Shown in pieces: positions 21,456-30,624 of a stretch of 64,000 nucleotides of DNA. The position numbers and the translations under genes were made by a program. The notes below the pieces were generated by a model. That model was not told where the DNA came from and did no database searches. It was given only the letters and a program-made list of their open reading frames with translations. The number at the start of each line of letters is the position of its first letter. Position 1 is the first letter of the stretch. Source of the stretch: Patescibacteria group bacterium (GTDB lineage Bacteria; Patescibacteriota; Microgenomatia; UBA8517). Location: the NCBI GenBank assembly GCA_041742135.1, contig JBGSJG010000001.1:67151-131150 (forward strand). The letters are read 5' to 3'.

Positions 21456-22175
21456 TTAATCTGTAAATTCAAAGGTGGAGAGGATTTGATTAACTGAGTC
21501 GATAGATGCAGATTTATTAACCATAATCTCAAGTCCTCCAGAAATATAAGGAACATGGTAAATATCAAATTTCACTTGGGATGAAACGGAGGTATATTTG
21601 GTTGCTTCTTTCTGGCCAACTGATGCACTGCTACTTTTCCAATCTGAAGTTGGAGTTGGAGCAATCAACAGATTAAAATGCTGTATATCAATCACCCGAT
21701 CCACGTACTCTAAGTTACCAAGTGCATAAATCAAAATATTGTTGGTTTGTGAGTATACGGCTCCGCCCGCATCTGCATCATAACCTTGGATAACGAAATC
21801 AAGAGGGTAGCTAAAACTATAGTTATATGCCGTATTTGAATAACTCTTCCAATCGCTCATGCCGACTTCCTCTGAGGGTTCAAGACTTACTGATGATTCT
21901 TCCACCACAGCTTTTGCAGTTGGTGAAGGCTCTGTGATTTGCGGTTCGGTTTTGCTGGTCACTACAAGAACCAAAGCTACAATAATTAGCAGTAGGATTG
22001 CCACAATTCCCACAAGAACCATTGCAATCGTGTTTTTAGATTTTGGAGGTTCTGGGGTTGGTGGGACTATGGGTACTTCAGGAATTACTGGCTCGGCTAC
22101 TGGCAATTGTCCGGTTGGGGTAACTGGAACTACTGCTGGTGTAGTTTCTGGAGTTGGGTTTTGATCTGGGTTCAT
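21456..22175 (-). CDS. Membrane-anchored PsbP-like protein, paralog 3
   Basis: Pro-rich N-terminus, TM, WKSYSN..YNYSFSYP, C-terminal QILSTFEFTD. Confidence 0.7.
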   Translation of the reverse strand: MNPDQNPTPETTPAVVPVTPTGQLPVAEPVIPEVPIVPPTPEPPKSKNTIAMVLVGIVAILLLIIVALVLVVTSKTEPQITEPSPTAKAVVEESSVSLEPSEEVGMSDWKSYSNTAYNYSFSYPLDFVIQGYDADAGGAVYSQTNNILIYALGNLEYVDRVIDIQHFNLLIAPTPTSDWKSSSASVGQKEATKYTSVSSQVKFDIYHVPYISGGLEIMVNKSASIDSVNQILSTFEFTD

Positions 22176-23267
22176 GGTTTAATCAGTAAATTCAAAAGTG
22201 GAAAGAATTTGTGACGCAACTGAGTTACTGTTTGGTTCAGAATAATTAATAAAATAAAATACTGTCTTGTCACTATTTGCAAAAAATAGCACCGTTGTGC
22301 CCCCGTTGGTTATTGTCTGTGCATTAACTCCGTCAATTAAAGTTACCGACTCCACTGAATCGCCATTCTTAAATAAAGTGCTGTTAAACTCGCTCCACTC
22401 TTCGAATGTTGGCTTGTCTGGAATTTCCGAACCAACCACAGAGATCGCGATATAAGAATTTGGCTCAGCCGGGTCAGAAAAAACAAATATAGCACTTGTA
22501 TCCGTTTCAGCTTCTTCTCGGGTCACGCTCCAAGTGTCTGGGTGGTTTACCTCAAAACCGTAATCCGAATTTGAAAAAGCCAACCAATTGGATGGGGGTT
22601 CAAAGTTTTGTAAATTTTGTTGGACATCTTCGCCATTTTCAATCTCCGCTTCCGATTGTCTGTTGTCGACCAACTTATTGTCGCTGTCGTATGTGCTTAC
22701 AATCTTTTGCTTTAGATTTTCGACGTCGATATCAAAAGAAGGAGAGATGGCTTTTCCGTGTATGTCCTTTGCGTCTATTTCCCAAGCATCCCCTTCGCTC
22801 CCCGTGACAACTAAGTACTGATTATTATCTTTTTTATCCACCACCACCCCTACCCAATCCTGCTTCGTTTGCTCCGCACTGCCGGGGCCCACAAACAAAA
22901 CTACATCTCCAACCTTAGGTTGCCCAAAACGGTACGACAGTTTTTCGATCCACACCTGAGAGCTATCGGTAAGTAAAAGATTACTATCCTTTGCACTTAT
23001 GCGATATGGAGAAAGGACAAAGACATACAAAGTCATTCCCAAAGCAAGCAAAACCAAAACTGCACCAATAATCATGAATATTTTTCTTTTAGATTTTGGC
23101 TTTTCGGGAGTTGGGGAAATTTCAGGTTGAATTTCAGTCGTCGGAACGGCAACTGGTAATTGTCCGCCGGTTGGACTAACAGGAGCTACTGCTGGTGTAG
23201 TCTCTGGAGTTGGGTTTTGATCTTGGTTCATGGTTTAGTCAGTAAATTCAAAGGTGGAAAGGATTTG
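22130..23267. repeat. ~82-nt direct repeat (22130-22211 and 23186-23267) spanning the paralog junctions
   Basis: CTACTGCTGGTGTAGTYTCTGGAGTTGGGTTTTGATCTKGGTTCATGGTTTARTCAGTAAATTCAAARGTGGAAAGRATTTG, about 5 mismatches. Confidence 0.9.
22179..23231 (-). CDS. Membrane-anchored protein with degenerate S26-peptidase-like domain plus PsbP-like domain, paralog 2
   Basis: Same N-terminus; EKLSYRFGQPKVGDVVLF; WLAFSN..YGFEVNHP; QILSTFEFTD. Confidence 0.65.
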   Translation of the reverse strand: MNQDQNPTPETTPAVAPVSPTGGQLPVAVPTTEIQPEISPTPEKPKSKRKIFMIIGAVLVLLALGMTLYVFVLSPYRISAKDSNLLLTDSSQVWIEKLSYRFGQPKVGDVVLFVGPGSAEQTKQDWVGVVVDKKDNNQYLVVTGSEGDAWEIDAKDIHGKAISPSFDIDVENLKQKIVSTYDSDNKLVDNRQSEAEIENGEDVQQNLQNFEPPSNWLAFSNSDYGFEVNHPDTWSVTREEAETDTSAIFVFSDPAEPNSYIAISVVGSEIPDKPTFEEWSEFNSTLFKNGDSVESVTLIDGVNAQTITNGGTTVLFFANSDKTVFYFINYSEPNSNSVASQILSTFEFTD

Positions 23268-24394
23268 GTTTAGAAAATCATTGCTTTCCCCACCTGAAGT
23301 CTTAGTTAGCAAAAAGATCTGACTTCCTCCTCCTGGAATCACGACGTATGTCATTCCATTACTGCCTGAGTCGTCAGCGTTTACAACCAACGCATTTACC
23401 CCGTCAACACCAATCTCTTCGTAAGTAAGCTCGTATGTGCTCAAATCAAATTTCTCGGCTAACCATTCTCTGCGAGAACCACCTGAATAATCATCGTATA
23501 AAGTGATAGTAAAGCCAGCTCCACAGTAAGGCCCGCTACAATTTAAAAACGATGCTTTACTGCCTTTCTGTGTCGCTTCATCGTTTAACTGATAATAATC
23601 AGGGTACTTTACAGAAAAACCAGCCCCGTTGTCTTCGTATTTCAACCAGTCTTCGGTAATCTCAAATTTCGGCGCAGGCACAGGTGAGCTAGCCGCAGAA
23701 GCATTGGAGAATTCAAAAGTGGAGAGGATTTGATCAAATATTTCCATGTCTCTGTTTTTAATTTCTTCTACTTCTTGTGAACTTTTTCCTCCAACACCCC
23801 AAGAAATTATATATTTGGTATCCCCAACAACGGTCCATACCTCTTTTGAATAATTATTTGAAGGTTGATTTTCAATTGTGCGTTCATAAACCAAAGCGTC
23901 TTGCCCATCTAACTTTTGAACCGAAATCGAAGAATAAGCAAAATCTGGAAAATCTTTACCAGTCTGCTCTAATGCTTGACGTTTCTCCTCGAGTGACTTT
24001 CCTTCTGTATAATCTAAATCCTGAATATCAAACGCAATTACAGACCCCCTACCATCTTCCTGTTGATTTTCAGGAAAAGAATTTATTTGATAATAGGATT
24101 TACTAACACCTCTGCCGTACGACCAAACATGCCAATTCTTGGGAATAGACACAGTAAACAAGCCACCACCATTGTAAGTATTCCAATCACCCGTCTCGTC
24201 CTCCATGGTGGCCTCAGGGGTGTTCGTTGGCTCAACCACCCTCTGGTCTTCGGCCGGTTTTTGAATGACTGAAAATGTAAATATCCCCACCGCGCCTAAA
24301 ATCAGCAAAGTTAAGATCGCTCCAATAATCATGAATATTTTTCTTTTAGATTTTGGCTTTTCGGGAGTTGGGGAAATTTCAGGTTGAATTTCAG
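23065..24394. repeat. 73-nt identical direct repeat (23065-23137 and 24322-24394) in the 5' parts of paralogs 1 and 2
   Basis: CCAATAATCATGAATATTTTTCTTTTAGATTTTGGCTTTTCGGGAGTTGGGGAAATTTCAGGTTGAATTTCAG present twice. Confidence 0.9.
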
Positions 24395-24482
24395 AGGTCG
24401 GAACTGCAACTGGTAATTGGCCTGTTGGAGTAACTGGAGCTACAGGTGGAACTTGCGAGACTGGGGCTTCTTCTGGATTCAT
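23235..24482 (-). CDS. Membrane-anchored protein with two PsbP-like domains, paralog 1
   Basis: Two W..Y...F.V..P ... QILSTFEF modules. Confidence 0.7.
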   Translation of the reverse strand: MNPEEAPVSQVPPVAPVTPTGQLPVAVPTSEIQPEISPTPEKPKSKRKIFMIIGAILTLLILGAVGIFTFSVIQKPAEDQRVVEPTNTPEATMEDETGDWNTYNGGGLFTVSIPKNWHVWSYGRGVSKSYYQINSFPENQQEDGRGSVIAFDIQDLDYTEGKSLEEKRQALEQTGKDFPDFAYSSISVQKLDGQDALVYERTIENQPSNNYSKEVWTVVGDTKYIISWGVGGKSSQEVEEIKNRDMEIFDQILSTFEFSNASAASSPVPAPKFEITEDWLKYEDNGAGFSVKYPDYYQLNDEATQKGSKASFLNCSGPYCGAGFTITLYDDYSGGSRREWLAEKFDLSTYELTYEEIGVDGVNALVVNADDSGSNGMTYVVIPGGGSQIFLLTKTSGGESNDFLNQILSTFEFTD

Positions 24483-24494
24483 ATTGCCAGTGTC

Positions 24495-26147
24495 TCACAC
24501 TTCAATAACTACCGGCAAGATCATCGGTCTGCGGCCAATCTCATCAAAGAAGAAATGCTCTAGAGTGTCGACCACAATTTCTTTGAGCCTATGGGTATTT
24601 ATTCCTTGCCTATTCGCCTGCTCCATTACTCGGTCAACCCCTTTTTGGAGTACTGCTTTACTGTCTTTTTCAAAAACAAATCCGCGAGTGATAAGCTCGG
24701 GGTTTCCCGCGATTTTATTCGCGGCTTTATCAAATTGAATCAAGGCCACTACAAAGCCCTCTTGAGACAATATTTTTCGATCGCGAAGGACGATGTTGCC
24801 CACGTCTCCCACCCCAAGCCCGTCAACCAACACGTCACGAACAGGAATTCTCTTGCCTCTTTTGGCATTTCCATTTTCATAAATTATGGAATCCCCCGGC
24901 ATAAGCTCAAAGATAGAATTTGCAGGATTACCCAAGCCTTGAGCCAACAAGCTATAAGCACGCATGTGCCGTACTGTCCCTCCGATTGGAATAAAATACT
25001 TGGGCTTTATAAGTCCAAACAAGAATCTTATATCTTCCTGCGATCCGTGGCCTGAAACATGCAAATCTTCCTGAAGATCGTAATAATGAACATCCACGTT
25101 AAGTTCCAAGAGACGATCCACAATATAATCTACTTTCACTTTTGACCCAGGTGGTGCTGGGTCTGCCGAGAAAACAACGCTGTCCCCAGCCTCGATTTTA
25201 AGAAAACTATGAGATTCTTCAGCTACCCGGTGCAGCGCACTTCCCGCCTGGCCATAACAGCCGGAAATTATGTATAAGATTTTGTTTCTAGGTGCACGAG
25301 CGGCCGCATGCGCATTCATTTCAATGTTAGATCCATAGTTCAAATAGCCAAGCCTTCGGGCAATCTCAGCTTTAGCCTCCATCGAGCGACCGATAAAAGC
25401 CACTTTGCGGCCATTTTTCTCGGCTGCTCGGATCGCCTGTTGCATACGGCTAATGTTGCTTGAAATAGTCGTGAAGTACACACGGCCTGTAGCCTTTGAG
25501 ACCACCTGCTCAATGCGTTCCTCTAAAACACTTTCACTTTCAGTGTGCCCCGGGTTTGTGGAACCCAAAGCATCTGAGGCTAAGCCTAAAACGCCTTTAC
25601 TGGCCAGTGAAACCGCTTTAGCCACGTCAAAAGGCTTGCGATCCACAGAGCTCCAGTCAAATTTGTAATCTGGTACATGCATAAGGACTCCCTGTGGAGT
25701 TTCAATTGCAAGCCCAACAGCGTCGGGGACAGAGTGCGAAACACGGAAGATGTTTATATTAAAAACCCCAAGCTTTGTGGCAATTGCCCGATCAGGGTCC
25801 ATGACGTTAACGCGTACACCTTTTACACCATAATCGGCCAATTTATCTTCAATGAATGCAGCCGTGAGGCGTGTTGCGAAAATTGGAGCTTGGACTTCTT
25901 TGAGCAAAAATGGAAGCGCGCCCAGATGATCTTCGTGGCCGTGAGTAATTACAATTCCTCGAAGCTTGTTTTTGTTTTTAAGAATGTAGTCAAAATCGGG
26001 AATAACCAAGTCAACTCCGAGCATTTCGGGGTCGGGAAAACCCACTCCACAGTCCACTACAACCATGTCGTTGCCATATTCGTAGACGTAAAGATTTTCG
26101 GTTGCACCAGTTGTGCCCGAAAGGGCGATGAATTTTAGTTCAGCCAT
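24495..26147 (-). CDS. rnj: Ribonuclease J
   Basis: THGHEDHLG, HSVPD, LHVSGHG, RRPMILP. Confidence 0.97.
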   Translation of the reverse strand: MAELKFIALSGTTGATENLYVYEYGNDMVVVDCGVGFPDPEMLGVDLVIPDFDYILKNKNKLRGIVITHGHEDHLGALPFLLKEVQAPIFATRLTAAFIEDKLADYGVKGVRVNVMDPDRAIATKLGVFNINIFRVSHSVPDAVGLAIETPQGVLMHVPDYKFDWSSVDRKPFDVAKAVSLASKGVLGLASDALGSTNPGHTESESVLEERIEQVVSKATGRVYFTTISSNISRMQQAIRAAEKNGRKVAFIGRSMEAKAEIARRLGYLNYGSNIEMNAHAAARAPRNKILYIISGCYGQAGSALHRVAEESHSFLKIEAGDSVVFSADPAPPGSKVKVDYIVDRLLELNVDVHYYDLQEDLHVSGHGSQEDIRFLFGLIKPKYFIPIGGTVRHMRAYSLLAQGLGNPANSIFELMPGDSIIYENGNAKRGKRIPVRDVLVDGLGVGDVGNIVLRDRKILSQEGFVVALIQFDKAANKIAGNPELITRGFVFEKDSKAVLQKGVDRVMEQANRQGINTHRLKEIVVDTLEHFFFDEIGRRPMILPVVIEV

Positions 26148-26177
26148 AGGGTGATTATACCAGAAGTCGGCTGAAGA

Positions 26178-26813
26178 CTACGCTGCCAGAAGTTCAAATA
26201 CTTCAGAAACCTCCTCGAGTGAATTCAATTGGGATTCTAAACTCGCAATTTTCATTTGCACCTGTTCCACTTTTTCATCTTTGCCAGAATCACCATCTTG
26301 CGTTTGAAGCTCGGCTAGCGCTGCTTTTGCTTCGGCCAACTTTGCTTCAAGCTCAGCCTTAAGCCTTTGCTGCTCTTCTTTTTGCCTTTTAACTTCCTCG
26401 GCTCGCCTAGCCTGAAATTCCTGCTTTTCTCTTTGATAGACGGTTACTAAACCATCATCTGCATAAAACCTGTTCACATCATCTGGAGTTAACCAAGCCT
26501 CGGCTTGATCAGTCCCATTCATTGCTACAGCCAATAAATGCTCGTATCTTTGAGTATTTGTCCAGTCCTCTCTGTTGGTCCCCGAGACATCTTTGGGATC
26601 CTGTGTTTTCAATTCCAAAACGTCTGCTGGTTTCTCTAAATTAAGTTCAACAATGGCTCTTGCAGCCACCCCCTGAAGAAGCGCATCCACCCCTTTTTCA
26701 TAATCATGAAAGCCGAGTTCGGGTCGTTTAAGACCCACTCCGCGAAGATCCTCTTTGCCCAAATTAGGGACAAGCGAGTCAATATCGTTAGGTGTTTGCT
26801 CATTCATGCTCAT
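26178..26813 (-). CDS. Hypothetical protein with C-terminal coiled coil
   Basis: E/K/Q/A-rich heptads in the C-terminal half. Confidence 0.7.
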   Translation of the reverse strand: MSMNEQTPNDIDSLVPNLGKEDLRGVGLKRPELGFHDYEKGVDALLQGVAARAIVELNLEKPADVLELKTQDPKDVSGTNREDWTNTQRYEHLLAVAMNGTDQAEAWLTPDDVNRFYADDGLVTVYQREKQEFQARRAEEVKRQKEEQQRLKAELEAKLAEAKAALAELQTQDGDSGKDEKVEQVQMKIASLESQLNSLEEVSEVFELLAA

Positions 26814-26822
26814 AATATACCT

Positions 26823-27875
26823 CTAAACATATTCAGAAGCAATAAATTCTTTGACGTTGCCTTCATTTATCACAAACTTTGTTCCTTTTCCCTCTACCAT
26901 TTGTTTGGCAACTTTTCGCACCAAGCCATAAATTGTCCTCTGAAGTGTACGAATTCCAGCATCAAAACCCAAAGGACGAACGAGCTTTGACCAGACTGCG
27001 TCTTCCACAACCACAGCATCCTGTGGAATATTTGCCTCTTTTAGCGCATGAGGCAGAATGTATTTTTTCCCGATGATCGTCTTTTCCTCGTCGTTGTATG
27101 AAGGCATGTTAATAGGCTCAAGCCTATCCATGACGGCTGTAGCTATGCCTTGAGTATTGTTTGCTGTAGCTATAAAAATAGCCTCAGATAGATCGAACGG
27201 ATAATCCAAATAGTGATCCACGAACGCTTTGTTTTGCTCGGGATCGAGTAGCTCCACCAAAACTCCCATAATGGAAGCGCGGCCTTCGTCTGTTACACGG
27301 TCAATTTCATCCAAAAGAATTACCGGGTTTCGGCTTTGAGCGCTACGCAAGGCTTTAATAACTTTTCCGGGCTCTGCCTCAGGATGCATACGGGACTGGC
27401 CACGCAGATCCAATGGGTCCCCCATGCCTCCAAAAGGAATACGAGCAAACTGCCTGCCCATAGCCTCAGCAATTGAAACTGCCATGGTAGTTTTTCCAGT
27501 TCCCACGAGGCCCACAAAACACATAATGGGCGCTCGAGCCATGCCCTCTTTGTTATTTTTATTAAGCTGCATCACAGCCATGTATTCCAAAATTCGGTCT
27601 TTAAGACCTGTTAAACCGTAATGGTTTTTTTCAAACACTTCGCGTGCACGACCCAAGTCCAAAATATCATCCGTGCGTTTGTTCCAAGGAAGGCTTACCA
27701 CCCATTCAATATATTTATTGACGCGGTCCACCTCAGGCAAAAAAGATTGAGAACCAGTAAGAAGTGCAAGCTGGTCAATACGGATTTTAATGTTCTCGTG
27801 AAGATCGGCAGGAATCTGCCCACTTGAGAGTTTCTTTTCCAAATCCACCAAAAGATCTTTGGGGTTATTATCCAT
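26823..27875 (-). CDS. Lon-type AAA+ ATPase module without protease domain
   Basis: SLPW, HYGL..LKDRILEY, Walker A GLVGTGKT, NPVILLDEID, LLDPEQN.AFVDHY; ends before the Ser-Lys protease domain. Confidence 0.9.
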   Translation of the reverse strand: MDNNPKDLLVDLEKKLSSGQIPADLHENIKIRIDQLALLTGSQSFLPEVDRVNKYIEWVVSLPWNKRTDDILDLGRAREVFEKNHYGLTGLKDRILEYMAVMQLNKNNKEGMARAPIMCFVGLVGTGKTTMAVSIAEAMGRQFARIPFGGMGDPLDLRGQSRMHPEAEPGKVIKALRSAQSRNPVILLDEIDRVTDEGRASIMGVLVELLDPEQNKAFVDHYLDYPFDLSEAIFIATANNTQGIATAVMDRLEPINMPSYNDEEKTIIGKKYILPHALKEANIPQDAVVVEDAVWSKLVRPLGFDAGIRTLQRTIYGLVRKVAKQMVEGKGTKFVINEGNVKEFIASEYV

Positions 27876-27911
27876 AAATCAGTTTAACACGAAAAGAAAA
27901 ATTATCGGAGC

Positions 27912-30269
27912 TTACCTACTGAAGCGCTTTTTGTCACTTGATCCAGACACTAATCTGGAAGTCGGGAAATGAGGCCCAGAGGAACCGCGGTCACGTCGGT
28001 CTCCGCTTCGATCGTCTCGCCTACCCGTTCGGCTTCGCTCAGGGTTATAACCACCACGATCACTGCCACTTCTAAATCCACCTCGGCTGCCGCCCATTCG
28101 ACTACGCTCAGGGCTATAGCCTCCACGATCTCCACCACCCATTCGGCTTCGCTCAGGGTTATAACCTTCGCGAGGTTCGCGTGGTTTTTCCTTCGAAGCA
28201 TCCAAGATCATAGACAAATTGAGTCTGCCCATCTTGTCAATCTCTTTTACTCGAACGGTTACAGTGTCGCCTTCTTTTGCAATATCTGCTGGGTCTTTAA
28301 CAAATTCCTCAGCCATGTCTGAAACGTGGACCAAGCCCTCTTTACCCGGAAGAATTTCCACAAATACTCCAAAAGGCTGCATTCTTTTAACTAACCCTTC
28401 ATAAATTTCTCCGGGGATTACTTCTTTTACCATGCCGCTAACCCACTCAACTGCTTTGTCGACACTCTCTTCACTGGTTCCAGAAATGCTTACTGTTCCG
28501 TCATCCTCCACATCAACTGTGGCTCCTGTATCGGCCATAATCTTTTTGATCATCTTGCCCCCGGGGCCAATGATTTCGCCAATTTTCTCAACTGGGATTT
28601 TAACGGCTTTGATCTTTGGTGCATAAGTTGAAACATTAGTACGAGAAGCTTTAATAGTCTCAAGCATCGAAGCCAAAATAAACGCTCTTCCCTCTTTTGC
28701 CTGAGTAAGAGCCTCCGCCAACATCTCGGGTGTTAAATTTAGAGTTTTTACATCGAGCTGAAGTGCTGTAATTCCTTTTGATGTTCCGGCAACTTTAAAG
28801 TCCATGTCACCATTAAAGTCTTCAATTCCCATGATGTCGGACAAAATTGCATATTTTTTAGCAGATTCGACAACGAGCCCCATGGCAATTCCAGAAACTG
28901 GAGCTTTGATTGGTACTCCTGAGTCCATCAAAGCAAGTGTTGAGCCACAAGTGGAAGCCATAGAAGTTGAGCCATTTGAGCTCATAATTTCGCTGACCAA
29001 ACGAATGGCATAAGGAAATTCTTCAGCAGAAGGCAATACCGGCATCAAAGCGCGCTCTGCCAAGGCACCATGACCAATTTCGCGGCGGCTTGGAAAACCA
29101 ACTCTTCCAGCTTCACCAACAGAAAACGGCGGCATGATGTAGTGATGCATGTAGCGCTTTTCCTCTTCACCTTCAGCGGTTTCAATTAATTGACCCATGG
29201 AAGGAGTTCCCAAAGTGGCGACGGTCAAAGCCTGGGTAGATCCTCTTTGGAAAATTGCAGACCCGTGAGTTCGTGGCAAAACGCCAACACGGCTTGAAAG
29301 CGGACGGATTTCGGTGTGCTTCCTACCATCTGGTCGCTTACCAGCCAAAATCATTTCGCGAATGCGATCGTGAATAAGTCCATCAATAATGCCAAAAACC
29401 ATGGCCTTTTCTGTTTCTTCAACTTCGCCTTTAACTTCCTCAATTAAATCATCCAAAACGCTGTTCTTGCCTTCTTTAGTAGCCAAAGCAGCAACAACCT
29501 CGTCGATTTTCTTCTCAGAAAGTTTTGTTACTTTTTTCACAAGCTCGGCGTCTTCCGGAAGCTTTGGAGCTTCTTGTTTGTCAACTCCCCATTCGCTGGC
29601 AAATTCATTGATAAATTTAAGAACCGCCTTAGACTCTTTTTGAGCGAAATTAATTCCGCCAATTATTTCCTCTTCAGTAGCTTCATTTGCCCCCGCTTCG
29701 ATCATAACTACTGCGTCAGATGTTGAAGAAACTACCAATTCCATATTGGAAAATGAACTTTCTGTGTCTGTTGGATTAACGAAGTATGCTCCGTCTTTCA
29801 TGCCAACTCTCAAAGTAGCTACAGGTCCTTCCCAAGGAAGTCCTGAAGCGGCAACTGCAGCAGAAACTGCCAAAGGTGCGACGTCCACAGGCGAATTAAC
29901 CATATCAACGGACAAAAGCGTAATAATTATCTGAACTTCTTTTTTATAAGACTTCGGAAACAGAGGGCGAATGGAGCGATCAATCAAGCGGCCAGTTAAA
30001 ATTTCTTCATCTGTGGGGCGGCCTTCACGCTTAACCCATCGGCTGCCTTTAATGCGGCCTCCAGCGTAAAGTCTTTCTTGGTACTCAATTGAGAGAGGGA
30101 AATAATCCAATTCTTGTTTTAACGGAGCCGCAACTACTGTCGCCAAAACAACAGTTTCGCCGTAAGTGGCCAGTACCGCTGCATCTGCTTGGCCAGCAAG
30201 CTCTCCAATGGCTAGGGTTAAGTCGCGTCCACCGAGGCTTAATGTTTTTTCTACTTTTTTATTTACCAA
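27912..30269 (-). CDS. pnp: Polyribonucleotide nucleotidyltransferase with R/G-rich repetitive tail
   Basis: RLIDRSIRPLFP, RREIGHG, SNGSTSMAS, GDMDFKVAG; KH and S1 domains. Confidence 0.98.
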   Translation of the reverse strand: MVNKKVEKTLSLGGRDLTLAIGELAGQADAAVLATYGETVVLATVVAAPLKQELDYFPLSIEYQERLYAGGRIKGSRWVKREGRPTDEEILTGRLIDRSIRPLFPKSYKKEVQIIITLLSVDMVNSPVDVAPLAVSAAVAASGLPWEGPVATLRVGMKDGAYFVNPTDTESSFSNMELVVSSTSDAVVMIEAGANEATEEEIIGGINFAQKESKAVLKFINEFASEWGVDKQEAPKLPEDAELVKKVTKLSEKKIDEVVAALATKEGKNSVLDDLIEEVKGEVEETEKAMVFGIIDGLIHDRIREMILAGKRPDGRKHTEIRPLSSRVGVLPRTHGSAIFQRGSTQALTVATLGTPSMGQLIETAEGEEEKRYMHHYIMPPFSVGEAGRVGFPSRREIGHGALAERALMPVLPSAEEFPYAIRLVSEIMSSNGSTSMASTCGSTLALMDSGVPIKAPVSGIAMGLVVESAKKYAILSDIMGIEDFNGDMDFKVAGTSKGITALQLDVKTLNLTPEMLAEALTQAKEGRAFILASMLETIKASRTNVSTYAPKIKAVKIPVEKIGEIIGPGGKMIKKIMADTGATVDVEDDGTVSISGTSEESVDKAVEWVSGMVKEVIPGEIYEGLVKRMQPFGVFVEILPGKEGLVHVSDMAEEFVKDPADIAKEGDTVTVRVKEIDKMGRLNLSMILDASKEKPREPREGYNPERSRMGGGDRGGYSPERSRMGGSRGGFRSGSDRGGYNPERSRTGRRDDRSGDRRDRGSSGPHFPTSRLVSGSSDKKRFSR

Positions 30270-30270
30270 T

Positions 30271-30537
30271 TTATTTTAATTCTAATTTCTTTTTGAGGTC
30301 GCTGTAACGCGAAGCATCTCTTTTTTCCAAATATGTTAATAGTCTTCGTCTTTTAGCTACCATGCTCAAAAGACCACGTCTTGAGTGTACATCTTTGCCA
30401 TGAGCTTTCAAATGCTCAGTTAATTTTGTTATCTGAAAAGAAAGAAGTGCTATTTGAACTTCTGGAGAACCTGTGTCTCCCTTTTCGCGAGCAAAATCTG
30501 AAATAATCTTTTTCTTGTCGTCAGGATGTAGTGCCAT
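30271..30537 (-). CDS. rpsO: 30S ribosomal protein S15
   Basis: [22 protein letters not shown]. Confidence 0.98.
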   Translation of the reverse strand: MALHPDDKKKIISDFAREKGDTGSPEVQIALLSFQITKLTEHLKAHGKDVHSRRGLLSMVAKRRRLLTYLEKRDASRYSDLKKKLELK

Positions 30538-30624
30538 ATGTCATCAAAAACAAAGTAGTCTATTTCAAGTACAACTGTGTTTCGATCTAGGGAATAATAT
30601 CACAGCTTCGCCCAAAGTGCAAAA

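Noticed and set aside
21456-24482. Diversity-generating retroelement or integron as the cause of the paralog array
   Set aside because: No reverse transcriptase, integrase or attC-like sites in the window; the repeats cover conserved rather than variable regions.
28024-28166. Three short direct repeats resembling a mini CRISPR array
   Set aside because: They are in-frame within pnp, irregularly spaced (69 and 45 nt), and there are no cas genes; better explained as REP-like copies.
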